Positions 23,201-32,982 of a DNA stretch of 64,000 nucleotides are shown piece after piece. Source of the DNA: Podarcis muralis (Eukaryota); contig NC_135655.1 of the NCBI RefSeq assembly GCF_964188315.1, positions 434,001 through 498,000 on the forward strand, in the 5' to 3' direction. A program made the translations under genes and the position numbers. Within the stretch, counting starts at the first letter, position 1; each line of letters begins with the position of its first letter. The notes beneath the pieces are model-generated. The model saw nothing but the letters and a program-made list of their open reading frames with translations, was not told the DNA's origin and made no database searches.

Positions 23201-23286
23201 GGACGGAGCCCCGAGGAAGAGGAGGCGGAGGGGAGGCCGGCGGGGCCTGGCGGGACTCACACTCTCAGGGCACCGCCGGGCGCCAT
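7291..23286 (-). CDS. CWF19L1: CWF19-like protein 1 (spliceosome/lariat-debranching associated; calcineurin-like N-domain plus CwfJ C-domains), 14 coding exons
   Basis: Exons: 23261-23286, 23065-23149, 22889-22967, 21931-22032, 14092-14309, 13141-13259, 12563-12647, 12293-12433, 11384-11495, 10124-10203, 9517-9726, 8913-9032, 7795-7892, 7291-7453. All GT-AG with consistent phases. Motifs: [79 protein letters not shown]. Confidence 0.97.
8219..8265. repeat. (ATT)n microsatellite in CWF19L1 intron 12
   Basis: About 15 uninterrupted ATT units. Confidence 0.95.
9240..9380 (-). ncRNA. SNORA12: H/ACA box snoRNA candidate, probable SNORA12 orthologue, in CWF19L1 intron 11
   Basis: 141 nt, same strand as the host. 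5' hairpin GUGGCAG/CUGUCAC with upper stem GCCG/CGGC; hinge AGAGAG (imperfect H box); 3' hairpin GGAGG/CCUCC with upper stems AGCAG/CUGCU and GGGCUC/GAGUCC; ACA three nt from the end. The start GUUGUGG matches my recollection of human SNORA12, whose host gene is CWF19L1. Confidence 0.6.
10860..10990 (+). mobile_element. L2-type LINE 3' tip with (TTA)n tail
   Basis: gccgcccagagtggctgg...cagatgggcaaggtataaataa then ttattatt; same tail family as 22060-22310, 26487 and 37214. Confidence 0.6.
14646..18011 (-). CDS. LINE ORF2: apurinic-type endonuclease, reverse transcriptase and C-terminal Cys/His knuckle (no initiating AUG)
   Basis: EN motifs [34 protein letters not shown] motifs [41 protein letters not shown]. 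Knuckle [16 protein letters not shown]. The frame is open from 18011; the track's start at 17972 is a TTG. Confidence 0.95.
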   Translation of the reverse strand, partial: LRSIFGKTTCNLALLTWNIAGWQKRVSDQSFAKYIQRHDIVFLQETWSTSEVELNGFSAFSLPGLLSTRGGRVKGGLVTLISTRLRAIFKKLDPLDHLATAVQVQWRTHSLLLINVYLPPQREKRLIRNTWAQLEQYLDKLSNQFPDASVVVAGDLNARTGQSDEALYAHFHETVPIIEETHPIPARISKDKGCNYAGLCLLHLVNKLDLVILNGRTEGEKVGEFTFISNNGASTIDYIIVSYDLQNKVLECKVEERLDSDHLPLSALVAAGKDLSCAEKIEHSSPTALELRYSRIRWTDELHKEISSRLCSKELLTKRENLITSSSHELKINLFQELISLLQDSLKEKRNRPSRQSSVYKNSKPWFDQECQDMKLNLLKKYKNYRSANLPQLPTGWFEDKRNYKILIKNKKLLAQKREWKCLIDASRERDSATFWRLVANGVRSTSSEVEYTIPAGTWEAFFQSSYSALPLTQPLIQCAAGDEWPPVSVAEIRRLIQALKHRKAPGADNISPELLKANIDWWAPVLATLFTSIDQTAIIPEDWGLAIIVPIFKKGCKLDPANYRPISLLSIISKLYATHLREKFADWLEQEHILKEAQAGFRAHRSTLDQGLVLQHLVEKYTSKKGGSLYVAFIDFKSAFDLIPRHRLWEKLNATNIDRRLLLLIRRLHENTRIRVRCDRYGNLSKEIQSFHGVKQGCVLAPILFNYYINSLVGKMEEASTHSPNLNNTPIPVLLYADDAALISFSCVGLRKLLRALTEYCEAEHLIINYTKSKIMVFSKRKLRHKWKINNQPIEQVTSFRYLGIIFDEKGSWCHQIKNSIVNAQRSFRAIIRFFYRKGGQYVPAASQVFVAKILPQLMYGTQIFNSQKLKSLESVQTKFYRSLLGLPTCVSNTAIRLEVGQLPINARIWILKIHFWLKLIFFPVGVAPLTLLDPFQSKWRLSLYEKLKGLGLSPQELIASGFEKAKMMVSQRIGDVELQDHMSKIDKYPAIQDYGKGFNLTPYLLDLQIAKYRRAFTLTRFDVLPSALLKGRYEGTPYAERVCPCGLKEVETASHVLLHCDLYGDIRSLFISPIVQKFPGRSESQRLKILLGDKNPEVTQKVAKFSAAAIKRRALVVKK
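18012..20267 (-). CDS. LINE ORF1 protein (751 aa)
   Basis: True ATG at 20267, open to TGA at 18014-18012. Has a heptad-like segment, a basic KKxK-rich region, a possible RRM-like block (LAFLNYP...LRVIASF...ITVTRFFE) and a C-terminal tandem duplication. Domain calls are tentative. Confidence 0.85.
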   Translation of the reverse strand: MVLTRKKRRDLGIVTSPLFQECYEKQSKITQYFLHTRDNENGNGNGNEQKMAEMVELKQDEALLFPSAAQDHSSFSRGIQDTENNNQNRNTMSLAHEIALAEILSSELQEETRNSQKSQTSSMGSQTENNDCYPQDWLLSINLDLAAMKKYLTITNGLLLTLVENYPLQAKGSEFHGVDPPTTPQEPEYTKQPATSKCTQGSAAENHLHQGKDIGLYVSVPKTEFPIEVNQKKRGISKRSHKKKAETKKKSKNIKTARKSVTNRRACKVCWKRLYKLIPTKSKTNSNKPAIHGSRENNSVDPGKKIQLKSLKETSLLPNKTSEETESLPGCSMLKPQGSINIKEDSPHTIDYGRSQDEPVAGQDLPQDKGWKLMLADRKLAFLNYPKPKGFLTQEERSVHFVNTLDDMLPGKIKLNDITSVDFIFYNGYSLRVIASFKDQNLAKYIYRSRHLLLKKRITVTRFFENSTCLKLFPDEFTTAEIRFTCKPKEERGHSKDKLEHTEQGSLKLRQEMRLPNEGTDNFYPEEKALINQFGLLPFLAQSEILRRLETLRNKLTEMNAQEKVREKEPATDQLKKENLSEKAKTDPMKDYSYNTSAIAEINLLTTDLTQCARDKLPSKKETILMATMKDYPYNTSAAAEINLTATDLTQCVRDSNNLPSKKETIPMTTTTRSWTSMRYLDEDELGISQIEHLKVDSPKKGVLITNVSTLHPSTDSIEYLGDNTSMDIAKMNEIQPTDKKIGPKNLSKAN
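21523..21851 (+). mobile_element. Sauria SINE, 5'-truncated
   Basis: B box GTTCGAATCCC, conserved cctagcagttcgaaagcac...gcaagtagataaatagg core and a (TTTACC)-type tail. Confidence 0.9.
22060..22310 (+). mobile_element. L2-type LINE 3' fragment
   Basis: gcacccgccctgtggaa...agacatctgaaggcagccctgtttagggaag...cccagagtgg...ggtataaat then (ATT)n; matches the ends of the longer L2 copies. Confidence 0.75.
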
Positions 23287-23441
23287 CGCTCTCCCGCGCG
23301 CTTCCTCTTTCCGGCGGGAGGGCACTTCCGGCTGGGGGGGCGGTGCGTCGCCCAAAGTCCTCCGGCCCCCTGGGAAACGGGGAGGCGCTTCTGCGCAGGC
23401 GCCTCCCGAGAGAGCGAGAGCGAAGGAAGGAAGCCAGCGCC
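23287..23441. promoter_or_regulatory. CpG-island bidirectional promoter shared by CWF19L1 and ERLIN1
   Basis: Divergent ATGs at 23286 (-) and 23442 (+), 155 nt apart, inside a CpG island (~22900-24100). ETS/GABP-type ACTTCCGG at 23324-23331 and TTTCCGG at 23308-23314. Confidence 0.8.
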
Positions 23442-26400
23442 ATGTCCTCCTCCGGCCTGGGCGGGGAGGGGGACGCCCGTCGCTGGCCCGGCCCGGCTCC
23501 TCCGGGGGCGCCGCGCTCCCTCCCCGCCCGCTGGGCCGGCGCCGGGGCCAGTCTGGCCGGGGCGGCGGCGGCGCTGCTCCTGCTGCTGGGCGCCTCCGTC
23601 CACAAGGTGCAGGAGGGCCACCTGGCCGTCTATTACAGGTGAGGCGGGCAGAGGGAGACCCCCGGGACCCCCCCCCCCGACCCCTCCGCCTCTCCGCTCA
23701 GCCCCCTCTCTCTCCCCCCAGGGGCGGGGCGCTGCTGGCCACCCTCAGCGGCCCGGGCTACCACCTCATGCTGCCCTTCGTCACCACGCCCAGAGCCGTC
23801 CAGGTCTGTATCTCCCCTCGGCAGCTGGGCCCGGCAGGGAAGGGGGCCTCTGCCGACCCGCGGGGGGCTCCTGCCCGGGAGGAGCAGGCGGGACCTCCCC
23901 CCCCCCCCGCAGCCCTGCTGCTGCTGCTTCTGGGCTTGGCAGGGACCCTCCGCCCTCCCGGGGCTGCTCAGTCTCTCTTCTGTTTCAGACAACGCTGCAA
24001 ACGGACGAGGTGAAAAACGTGCCATGCGGGACCAGGTGGGTCGCCCTTCTTGTGGCTCTTGCTGTGCCGGGAGGAGCACCTCAGGCTGGGTGCGGCGGAG
24101 CCTGAGCGGCATTTTCTGGGCTGGAAGCACCCAGCACCCCGTCAGTGGCTCTGCTTCTTGGCTGCTCAGTGAGATGTGTTGGGCAGGATTCTGCCAGGAA
24201 TCTCTTCCGGAACCAAAGGGCTCAAAGGCAGTTTGCTTAATGGAAGCTGCAAGCAGCCAACAGGCTCATCTTGGGAAAGATGCTCTCCTGTGGGGCTGCT
24301 GGCCTTTCTCTTGCGGGGGGGGGGGGGCTAGTCAGGTGTATGGCAGGTGCCCCAGTCTGGCTCTTGGCAGCTGCTGGACACAGCCAGGCTACCTAGTTAT
24401 CTTTCAGTTGTAGCAGTGTGAAGGCAAAGGCGGGAGCTGGGGTTGCCTCTAGAGTCCTGTGTGTCTTCATTTTCTCTTGCATGTTGCTCAGTAGAGGTGT
24501 AGGTTAACCTTCAGTCTGCACCAATAGCAGTGCAATAACTGTGGGACCTGCATCTGTTCTAATCACTCCGCTGGCGGCTTCATTGCCACCCGCTCCGTGA
24601 CACAGGCTGTGAGGAACCGCAAAGGCTGTTGTCGTCATTGGCTCTGGCGGGAGTTTGTGTTGTGGAGGGAAGTGCTGCTGGTGCAGCAGCCCAGCTGGGC
24701 AGTCTGTGCCACTTGCTCCTGTGCCCATTGTTGAGGGCCAAAGGTTATCTGGGGTCTCCTGGAGCAGGAAGCTGCCTCAGACCAGCCCCCTGCCCACCCC
24801 CTGCTCTCTTGCACTTAAACTCTGTGCACGCTGTCTCTGCCTCTCTCCCTCTTGGTGCAGAGAAAGGCTTCAGGAATCTGAGTTTGCCCCAAGGGGTGGC
24901 ATAGCTCATTTTCCTCCTTTTTCCCTTGCAGTGGAGGAGTCATGATCTACATTGATCGGATAGAGGTGGTGAACATGTTGGCTCCACATGCAGGTATGGC
25001 TCCTTTCCCTGTGCCTGAAAGCAAATCCTGGAGGAAGGAGAGAAGCAGAGCCCCTCGGAGACAGGGGCGGGTGGGCTCACCAGCAAGAGAGCTGAGGGAG
25101 GTGGAGGGTTGGTGGGCCTGGAAAGGGGCTTGCAGAGGGAAGTTGGAGGGGCTCATGTTGCTGAAAAGGAGGGTTTCCTGTTGACTGCTCCTGACTTTTG
25201 ATGTTGGCTCAGTAAGGATTGCTAGGCTGATGGAAAACAGCCAGGGGTGGGTCCGGATTCTGATGCTCTTCAGTGTTGTTATTGGTGACTGGCATGAGTG
25301 AGACTTACACCCTCTGAAGGAACTGATTTTGGTCCAGCCGAAAAGGCTAAATTGCTTCTGAATCTGTCAGAGTCAAAGGCGTGTTTGTCTGTGTGGGGCA
25401 GGCTGAGCAGGCAGAGAGACTCTCCTTGGGCACCTGCAGGGGAGGCAGTGGGCACAGCTGTTCTGGTGGGGGGAGTGGCTGGGGCCGCAGGAGGAGGGGG
25501 AAGAGAAGGGAAGTGGGGTCCGGAAGGGCACCAGCTGGAAAAGGAGCGCAGGACAGGGCCTCTTGGGGATGGCAGAGGGTGAGCTCTGAGAAGAAGCTTC
25601 GCAGCTGGGCTTCTAGGAAAAAGCAGAGACTGACTCCCGCTGGGGCCTGGCTCTCACCACAGTCCCTGCGAGGCTTTGCAGGATTTTGGGAACTGCTGCT
25701 CACTGACTTGTAAAGGTGGACTTCTGTATAGAAGCCTTCAGTTGCAGTTGACATAGGAAGAAAAATGTTATCAGTCTCCTGTAACATCACATTGTAATGT
25801 TTTCATTAGAGCTGCTCACTTTGGAACTGCTGAGTAAAAATTAGGACGTTTGCTCATTAGGCCACTGCCATCTTTTTGGGGCGGCAGCCTTAAGCACACT
25901 TTCTTGCAAGTAAATCACACTAAAACCAGTTGGACTTCCTTCTGAGTAAATATAGCTAGGATCCGGCTTCAGATGTGTGGACAATCTTTTATACTTACAA
26001 GTCATATTCAGTTGTTAGATAGAAATTGTGATTAATTCAGAGAAATAGCTCCTATGTGTTCAAGAAACGCTGAGCACCAGCATCTTGAATTTGCCTGACA
26101 GGTGAGAGAGCACCAATGGCATCAGAGTGACTTTCCGGTGACACTTCTGCTGTTCCTTTTCTTAGTATACGATGTTGTGAAGAACTACACTGCAGATTAT
26201 GACAAGACCCTCATTTTCAACAAAGTCCATCATGAGCTCAACCAGTTCTGCAGTGCCCACACCCTCCAGGAGGTCTACATTGAGCTCTTTGGTAAGCAGG
26301 TGACGGGGGGGGGGGGGGCTTGCTTTTGCTGGTACCGTTTCCCCAAAGCACATCCAGTGAATTGGAAATGGAGCAAGGATGTTTACACAGTTCCATCCCT

Positions 26401-29400
26401 CCTCTTCTGGGACAGCATGGAAGAGGAAGCCCACAGAGATCTTGTGCCTCTTGCTCCGTCAGGACTTCGTCCTCCAGCTCTCACCTGATGATGATGATGA
26501 TGATATTTTCTCATATATACACCACCCATCTGGTTGGGTTTCCCCAGTCACTCTGGGCAGCTTACAACATACCTAAAAAATAATAAAAAGATCATTCCTT
26601 AAAAACTTCCCTTAACAGTGCTGCCTTCAGATGTCTTCTAAAAATCAGATAGTTGTTTATTTCATTGACTTCTGGAGGGAGGGTGTTCCACAGGGAGGGC
26701 ACCACTACCGAGAAGGTCCTCTGCCTGATTCCCTATAACTTTGCTTCTTGTAGTGAGGGAACAAGCAGAAGATCCTTGGAGGAGGACCTTAGTGTCCGTG
26801 CTGAGCAATGGGGGTGGAGACGCTCCTTCGGGTATACTGGACCGAGGCCGTTTAGGGCTTTAAAGGTCAGCACCAACACTTTGAATTGTGCTTGGAAACG
26901 TACTGGGAGCCAATGTAGGTCTTTCAAGACTGGTGTTATGTGGTCTTGGAGGCCGCTCCCAGTCACCAGTCTAGCTGCCACATTCTTTATTCATTGTAGT
27001 TTCCAAAGGTAGCCCCACGTAGAGTGCATTGCAGTAGTCCAAGCAGGAGATAACCAGAGCATGCACCACTGGTGAGACAGTCTGCGGGCAGGGAGGGTCT
27101 CAGCCTGCATACCAGATGGAGCTGGTAGACATCTGCCCTGGATACAGAATTGACCTGCGCCTCCATGGACAGCTGTGAGTCCAAAATGATTCCCAGGCTG
27201 CGCACCTGGTCCTTCAGGGGCACAGTTACCCCGTTCAGGACCAGGGAGCCCCCCACCCCCGTCCTCCAAGAACAGTACTTCTGTCTCGTCGCGGTTCAAC
27301 CATCCGCCAGCTGCCTCCAGACACTCACACAGGACCTTCACCGCCCTCACTGTTTCTGATTTGAAGGAGAGGTAGAGCTGGGTCTTCCTGGTCCTCCTGA
27401 GGTGCTGGATCAGGAGGAATGCAGGAGCCTTTTGTGTGGTTGGACCTGCTCCCATTTCAGAATCTGCCCTCCTGTTTCCTTAGATGTCTGGCAGGCAGGG
27501 TAAGAAGCTGCGTGACCAGACTGGGATGGAGTGCTTGGGGAATTTGGGATTTCTGAAGGAGGAAGAATATTTTTAGGAGAGAGATGCAGCTGGCAGCTGG
27601 GCATGTGTAGAGACACCCACAGAGCTGTTTCAAATATTCTGCTTCACATTAAGCACCACAGAATTACTCTTGGTAGTGAGAACAATATTTATTATGGCAT
27701 CCTGATATTTTGCCAGCTGTTCTTGGGCTTGTCTGGCAGATCCGATTCTCTGCTTTTGGGAATCTTCGACTGGCTTGCCTGAGGGCCCCGTCCACAGCTG
27801 GGCAGTTGGCAGGGCAGCCTGGTGTCTTTGTTGACTCTTGCCTGTGGTTGGCACAGGGGGTGCATGTGGCTCAGTGGCGCAACATCTGCGGTGCATGCAG
27901 AATTCCTGTGGGTCAAGTCCTGGCAGGGTCTCCAGTGAGACTGACCTGGAGCCATTGCGGCTGGTCAGTGCAGGCAGCACAGAGCCAGCTGGAGAAATGC
28001 TGGGACTCTCTTTGGCTGATGCTGCCTCTCATCTTTTCTCCCCCTAATCCTAGATCAAATAGATGAAAATCTGAAGTTGGCCCTGCAGCAGGATCTGAAT
28101 GCCATGGCTCCAGGTCTCACCATCCAGGTAATGCCCCCCTTCCCTTTTCCCTTTCCTGGCTCTGGGTGGATTTAGGACTAGCCCGCTTCTCTGCGTGGGG
28201 ATGCAGGTTGAGGAGGGAGAGCTTCCCTCTGTCGAAAGTGGAAACTTGCCATATTGCTGGCTGGGGGGTCCAGCCCAGCAGGACGAGGCCAGATGCAGGG
28301 GCCGCTTCCTTTCTTTGCAGTAGAGGAGCTTGCACTTGGGGGGCAGCTGCAGTCTTATGAGGTCTGCTGGCTTTTGTGTGTGTGCAGGCAGTGCGTGTGA
28401 CGAAGCCCAAGATCCCAGAAGCCATCCGAAGAGATTTTGAACTTGTGTGAGTATTTGCTGAGAGCATCAGAGAAAGGTCAGGCCAAAGCACAGGGCCAGG
28501 GAGGGGCTCTAGGCTGGTGTTTCAGGATTCCCACGGGGGCCAACCAAACGTCTCTTCTGGGAAGCCCTGGCAGGCAGGCTGGACCTGAACTCCACCAGTT
28601 TTCACCTCCCCTTGGGCTCCTCAGCCCCTGCTCTCCTGAGGCATCTCCTCCGTCCGGCAATGAAGGTAGTACACAGCCACAGCGTGGTTTCGTAGACATG
28701 GACAGCCGCCTCCTCTGTGGATTTGTGCCCACCCTTTTCTCAGAGGTCTCTCCCCATTCTGTGCAGCTGATGCAAAGGCCAGGGTGGGAGAAGCGCCTCT
28801 CAGGCAGAGTGTCTCTGCTTGCCAGGCCCCTGCAAAGAGGAAAGGAACAACCAAGGCCGTTGCTGGATTGCTCTGGGCCATGCCTGAGATTGGCCAGGTC
28901 TGGCCCTTCTATGGCGGAGGGGCAGGCATATGAAGAGAGAGATGGTTATTCGGGGGGTTTGGGGCTTAGATTCTGGCATATGGAGAAGTAGCTGGCCGTC
29001 AGTTGGACTGCTGTAAACTAGCAGAAGATGGCAGGAGTTGGTGCCTGGAGGTATTGGGCAGAGCAGGCCAAGAGACGTGGCTGGAAGGCTGAAGGAAAAA
29101 CATCTTGGGCAGCTCATTAACTCTTCAGGGCCAGTGACAATCTGAAGTGCAAATGTTTATCTTTTGGGTTTCCCCCCCCAAACACGCCATGTATCTGAAT
29201 GAGAAAACATTCTGTCTAGTGAAGGGAAGGGCCAAGATCCAGTGCTGGAAAAGGAAACGCGTGAGTCCGGAGCAGGGCAAAAGCTGGAGGGGATTTAAAG
29301 GCCAAGCTCCTGCTTTGCGCAGCACCTTGGGATGCAAACAGCAGAGGGGGGGGTCAGCCACCCCCTCCCAGGGCCCCTTCCTTCCCAGGGCGGGGGGGGG

Positions 29401-31669
29401 GGGAGGGCAGCTGGGGCCCCCCACCAGGGAGGAGCAGGGAAGGACCTTTCCTGTTTTGCCATTCAGGGAAGCAGAGAAGACGAAGCTCCTGATAGCGACC
29501 CAGAAGCAGAGAGTGGTGGAGAAGGAGGCCGAGACGGAGAGGAAAAGGGCCGTCATAGGTAACCAAACTCCCTATGGGAGAGTCTCTCTCTTCCCCCCAC
29601 CCCTGGTCCCTTATCTTCCCTTGGGACAGAAAATGGGGGGGGGGGGAGGCATGTGTGGCACGAAGACCTTAGATTCTAGGCTTCTGGCTGGATCTAGACA
29701 CATCCAAAAAGCATTTCAGGAAAATGCATTGCAAACCTCATGAAAAACGGAACTCCACAGTGCCATATTTGTTTCATACAATTTATATACCATGTGATTG
29801 TTAAAAAACCCTAAAGTGGTTTATGAAATGCATAAAATGAAAAAACAGTAAAAGCAGTTAAAAACAGCTATTTAAAACAATTAGATAAGAATTGAAACCA
29901 GCAGTAAGCTAAAGATGGATAAAACATCTTACATTTTTTGGGCAGGCTTGTCTTAAACAAAATATTCTTAGCAGGCGCCAAAAAGGCCACAGTGATGAAG
30001 GCACCTGCCTGGTGTCAATAGACTAGGAGTTCTGAAGTGTGGAGGCTGCTGCAATAAAAGATCAGTTTCTGGCAAATGCGGAACGAGAATCCTGTGGCAG
30101 CTGTGTAGCTTATTGCTTGACATGGCAAACAGTTGCTAGCGCCTGGTTGCAAAGATAGCCTGGAGCAAGAGACTCTGGAGAGAGGCCTGTGGCGACCACA
30201 ACTTCACTTCTAGCAGAGGCCAGGGTGTCTTCTTTCCCCAGGCCCAGCAGGCCTGAGAAGAGGACGTGGCCTGTGAGGTCCCAGTGACGGTGTGTCGCAA
30301 GCCAGGCCTGCATGCCCTTCGGGGCTCTTGGTTGCCTGCTGCAAGAGCTCTGTTGCCACGGATTTCCTCTTGGGAGTCCTGGAGCGCTGGCTGTGGGGCT
30401 CTGGAGCATTGGTGCCCTTGGCTGCTGGTGTTTGACTGACTGCTCTCTCCTCACAGAAGCAGAGATGGCGGCTCAGGTGGCAAAGATTCATTGCCAGCAG
30501 AGGGTCATGGAGACTTTGATGGAGAAGCAAATTTCTGAGCTTGAAGGTAGCTGTGCAGCCCTTACCTCTGCCTCCTCCCTGCCTGCAAAGCAGAAGCTGT
30601 GAGCCAAATAGCCCCGCGTCTCTGGCTGTGCTACCCACAAGCATTCTGCCTGCAGCCAAGCAGAGCACTGGGACTTTGCCTGTCTTCTGGGGTCTGAGAA
30701 GCCAAGTCCGGGTGCAGCCTGGGTGTCTGGCCACAGTTGGGCATTGATGCCTTGTGGGTGCCACTGGGGGTGGCCCAAGGCAGGGGCTCCTTTGCTCCAG
30801 ATTCACTTGTGTTCACTGGCTCAGATTGCTTGAGCCTGAAAAACAGATCTGCAGAGCCTGCACAAGCCATGTGCCTCATGGAGAAGGGGTGTGTGTGTTT
30901 GTGTGTGTTTGTGTGTGTGTGTGTGTGTCTTGTCCCCAAAGCCTTGTGTGCAAAGCATAATCCAGGTCCCCAAAGCCAAGGTGGGCAGGGAGGAGGCAGG
31001 CAGAAAAGGGGCTGCTTTCTGCTCTGGTGCATCCTCTGGACCGTGGGGTTGGGGCTGTTTATTATCTTCATCCTGGGTGGAACCAGTGCTTGAGTGGGAT
31101 GTTGCTTTGCTGTGGGTTTCCAGGGCCGTCTCCCCATGGGGCGCCCTGGTGATCCTCCTTTCTCCTGAGCTGCCTTCCTTGGTCTCTTCCCAGATACGGC
31201 TTTCTTGGCGCGAGAGAAGGCGAAGGCTGACGCCAACTTCTACATGGCCCAGAAAGCAGCTGCCTCGAACAAGGTGGGTGTTGACTCTTGGCTGCCCGTG
31301 TGCGTGCTGGGGGTAGATCCTGAGCCATCCTCTGGGATGCTCATTTGGAAGGATGGCTGCACTGTATCCCGTGGGTGCTCATGGCACAGAAATCCTTGCC
31401 TCATTCGTTCTCCTCCTCTCTCCCCCTGCCCTGTGCAGCTGAAACTGACACCTGCCTTCCTGGAGCTGATGAGGTACCAGGCCGTGGCCTCCAACAGCAA
31501 GCTCTACTTTGGCAGCAGCCTCCCCCCGAACCTCTTTCTGGGCTCTTACGCCTTTGAGCCGGCAGAGGCGAGGACTGCCAGAGACAGCCGTCTCCTCTCC
31601 AAAGCAGGGAAGCTGCGCCTCCAGCACCGGGGAGGCGGGGCCAGCTCTGCCACGGCAGCTGCCACATGA
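23442..31669 (+). CDS. ERLIN1: ER lipid raft-associated protein 1 (SPFH domain), 11 exons
   Basis: Exons: 23442-23638, 23722-23803, 23989-24035, 24932-24993, 26166-26291, 28054-28127, 28388-28446, 29467-29558, 30457-30546, 31194-31273, 31439-31669. All GT-AG. ERLIN1-type rather than ERLIN2-type residues: [40 protein letters not shown]. The start codon is inferred. Confidence 0.95.
26487..27385 (-). mobile_element. L2-clade LINE, 5'-truncated (~0.9 kb), ERLIN1 intron 5, antisense
   Basis: RT C-terminal peptides [15 protein letters not shown] and [26 protein letters not shown], with frameshifts; L2 tail plus (TCA)n. Confidence 0.88.
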
Positions 31670-32000
31670 TGCCTCTGCTGCACCAGCCATCGTGTCTGCG
31701 CCGTGGTCTGAAACTGCAACTCACTGGCTGCCTCAGATCTGCCTTATTCAGGGCAGCACAAACCGTCCTTGAAGTTGTGTGGTCCTCCACAGCCCAAGGG
31801 CCAGCTTTCATGGGAGTTTTATGGCTGCTGCATCTGCCCCACAGAGGAGGGGTGTGGGGGGGGGTGCTCTGGAGGACCTCAGCCGTTAAGTCCGTGGAGG
31901 GTAGACTCTACCGCAGACCTCCTGTGAGGACAACTTTGACACAGCAAAAGTGTGGGGGGGGGGGATCTGATTTTACCACTGGTGCTTGCATGGTCCTGGG

Positions 32001-32436
32001 TTTTGTTGGAAAGCTGCTCTTTAGCCTCCTTGCAGGGTTTGCTTGTGATGAAGGAGCATCTGTTGTCCTTTTGGAGAGTCTTCCTCACTCAAAACCTTCC
32101 TCCAGGTAGTACTTTAAGCAGGTGGGCTTAGGGTGCAAGCTCCCTTGGGTGTGGGTGTGTTGTGCTGCTTTATCATTGCTTCTTTCTGTGTCCCCTGGGT
32201 GGGGCATTGCCCCTCTGCGGAGCCCACCCCACAGCATGGTACTGGATGCTCCTTGCAGAGATGCCCAAAGGCTCAGAGTGTCTTCATTCTGGGGGCCAAT
32301 GCACCCTAAGCCCACCTGCTTAAAGTACTACCTGGAGGAAGGTTTTGAGTGAGGAAGACTCTCCAAAAGGACAACAGATGCTCCTTCATCACAAGCAAAC
32401 CCTGCAAGGAGGCTAAAGAGCAGCTTTCCAACAAAA
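32001..32436. repeat. Perfect 137-bp inverted repeat (arms 32001-32137 and 32300-32436, 162-bp spacer)
   Basis: Base-by-base comparison: the right arm is the exact reverse complement of the left arm. Confidence 0.97.
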
Positions 32437-32660
32437 ATGAACCGCGATGCCAGGGCGTGTGCAGAAGTGGGGACGCATTTGTTGGGTTGTAACTGTAAAC
32501 TGGATTAAACTGGTGGGCAGACTTTGCTTCAGAACTTAAAAATGCATTTGTGGAAGGTAAACCTGCTGACTGGAAGTGTTTCCTGGCTTTTTTTGTATGG
32601 CTTCTATTTCAAAAGAGCGAGAGAGATATATGCAAAATGTTGAACTTTGGATTAAGGGAA

Positions 32661-32666
32661 AATAAA
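32661..32666 (+). terminator. Probable ERLIN1 polyadenylation signal (AATAAA)
   Basis: First AATAAA I found after the ERLIN1 stop. ATTAAA at ~32504 and AATAAA at 33761 are alternatives. Confidence 0.5.
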
Positions 32667-32940
32667 GTTATTTTCATAATCTTTTCCTATGGCGTCTGTA
32701 TCTGTGCTGCATCTCCTCGATGGTTGCCTTCTAGCCTTTAACAAGCTGCTCTTCATCTCACACACACTGCATTTCACCAGAGCAGATTAGTTTCTCTCCC
32801 AGCTCCCCCGCAGAAAGCTAGTGGAGGGGGGGGGTTGAAGAGAGTGAGTCGGAAGTGCCAAGTTTCTCAGCTCCAAAAAAGGCAGGTTGCAGCAACATTG
32901 CCAATGCCGTATGAACAAGCAAGAAGCTTCCCTCCTTGCG

Positions 32941-32977
<37 letters not shown>

Positions 32978-32982
32978 GGGGT

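Noticed and set aside
22795-24130. Long ORFs of 200-436 aa on both strands over the CWF19L1/ERLIN1 island
   Set aside because: Low-complexity Gly/Pro/Arg/Ala frames expected in stop-poor CpG islands. The real exons are short spliced pieces within them.
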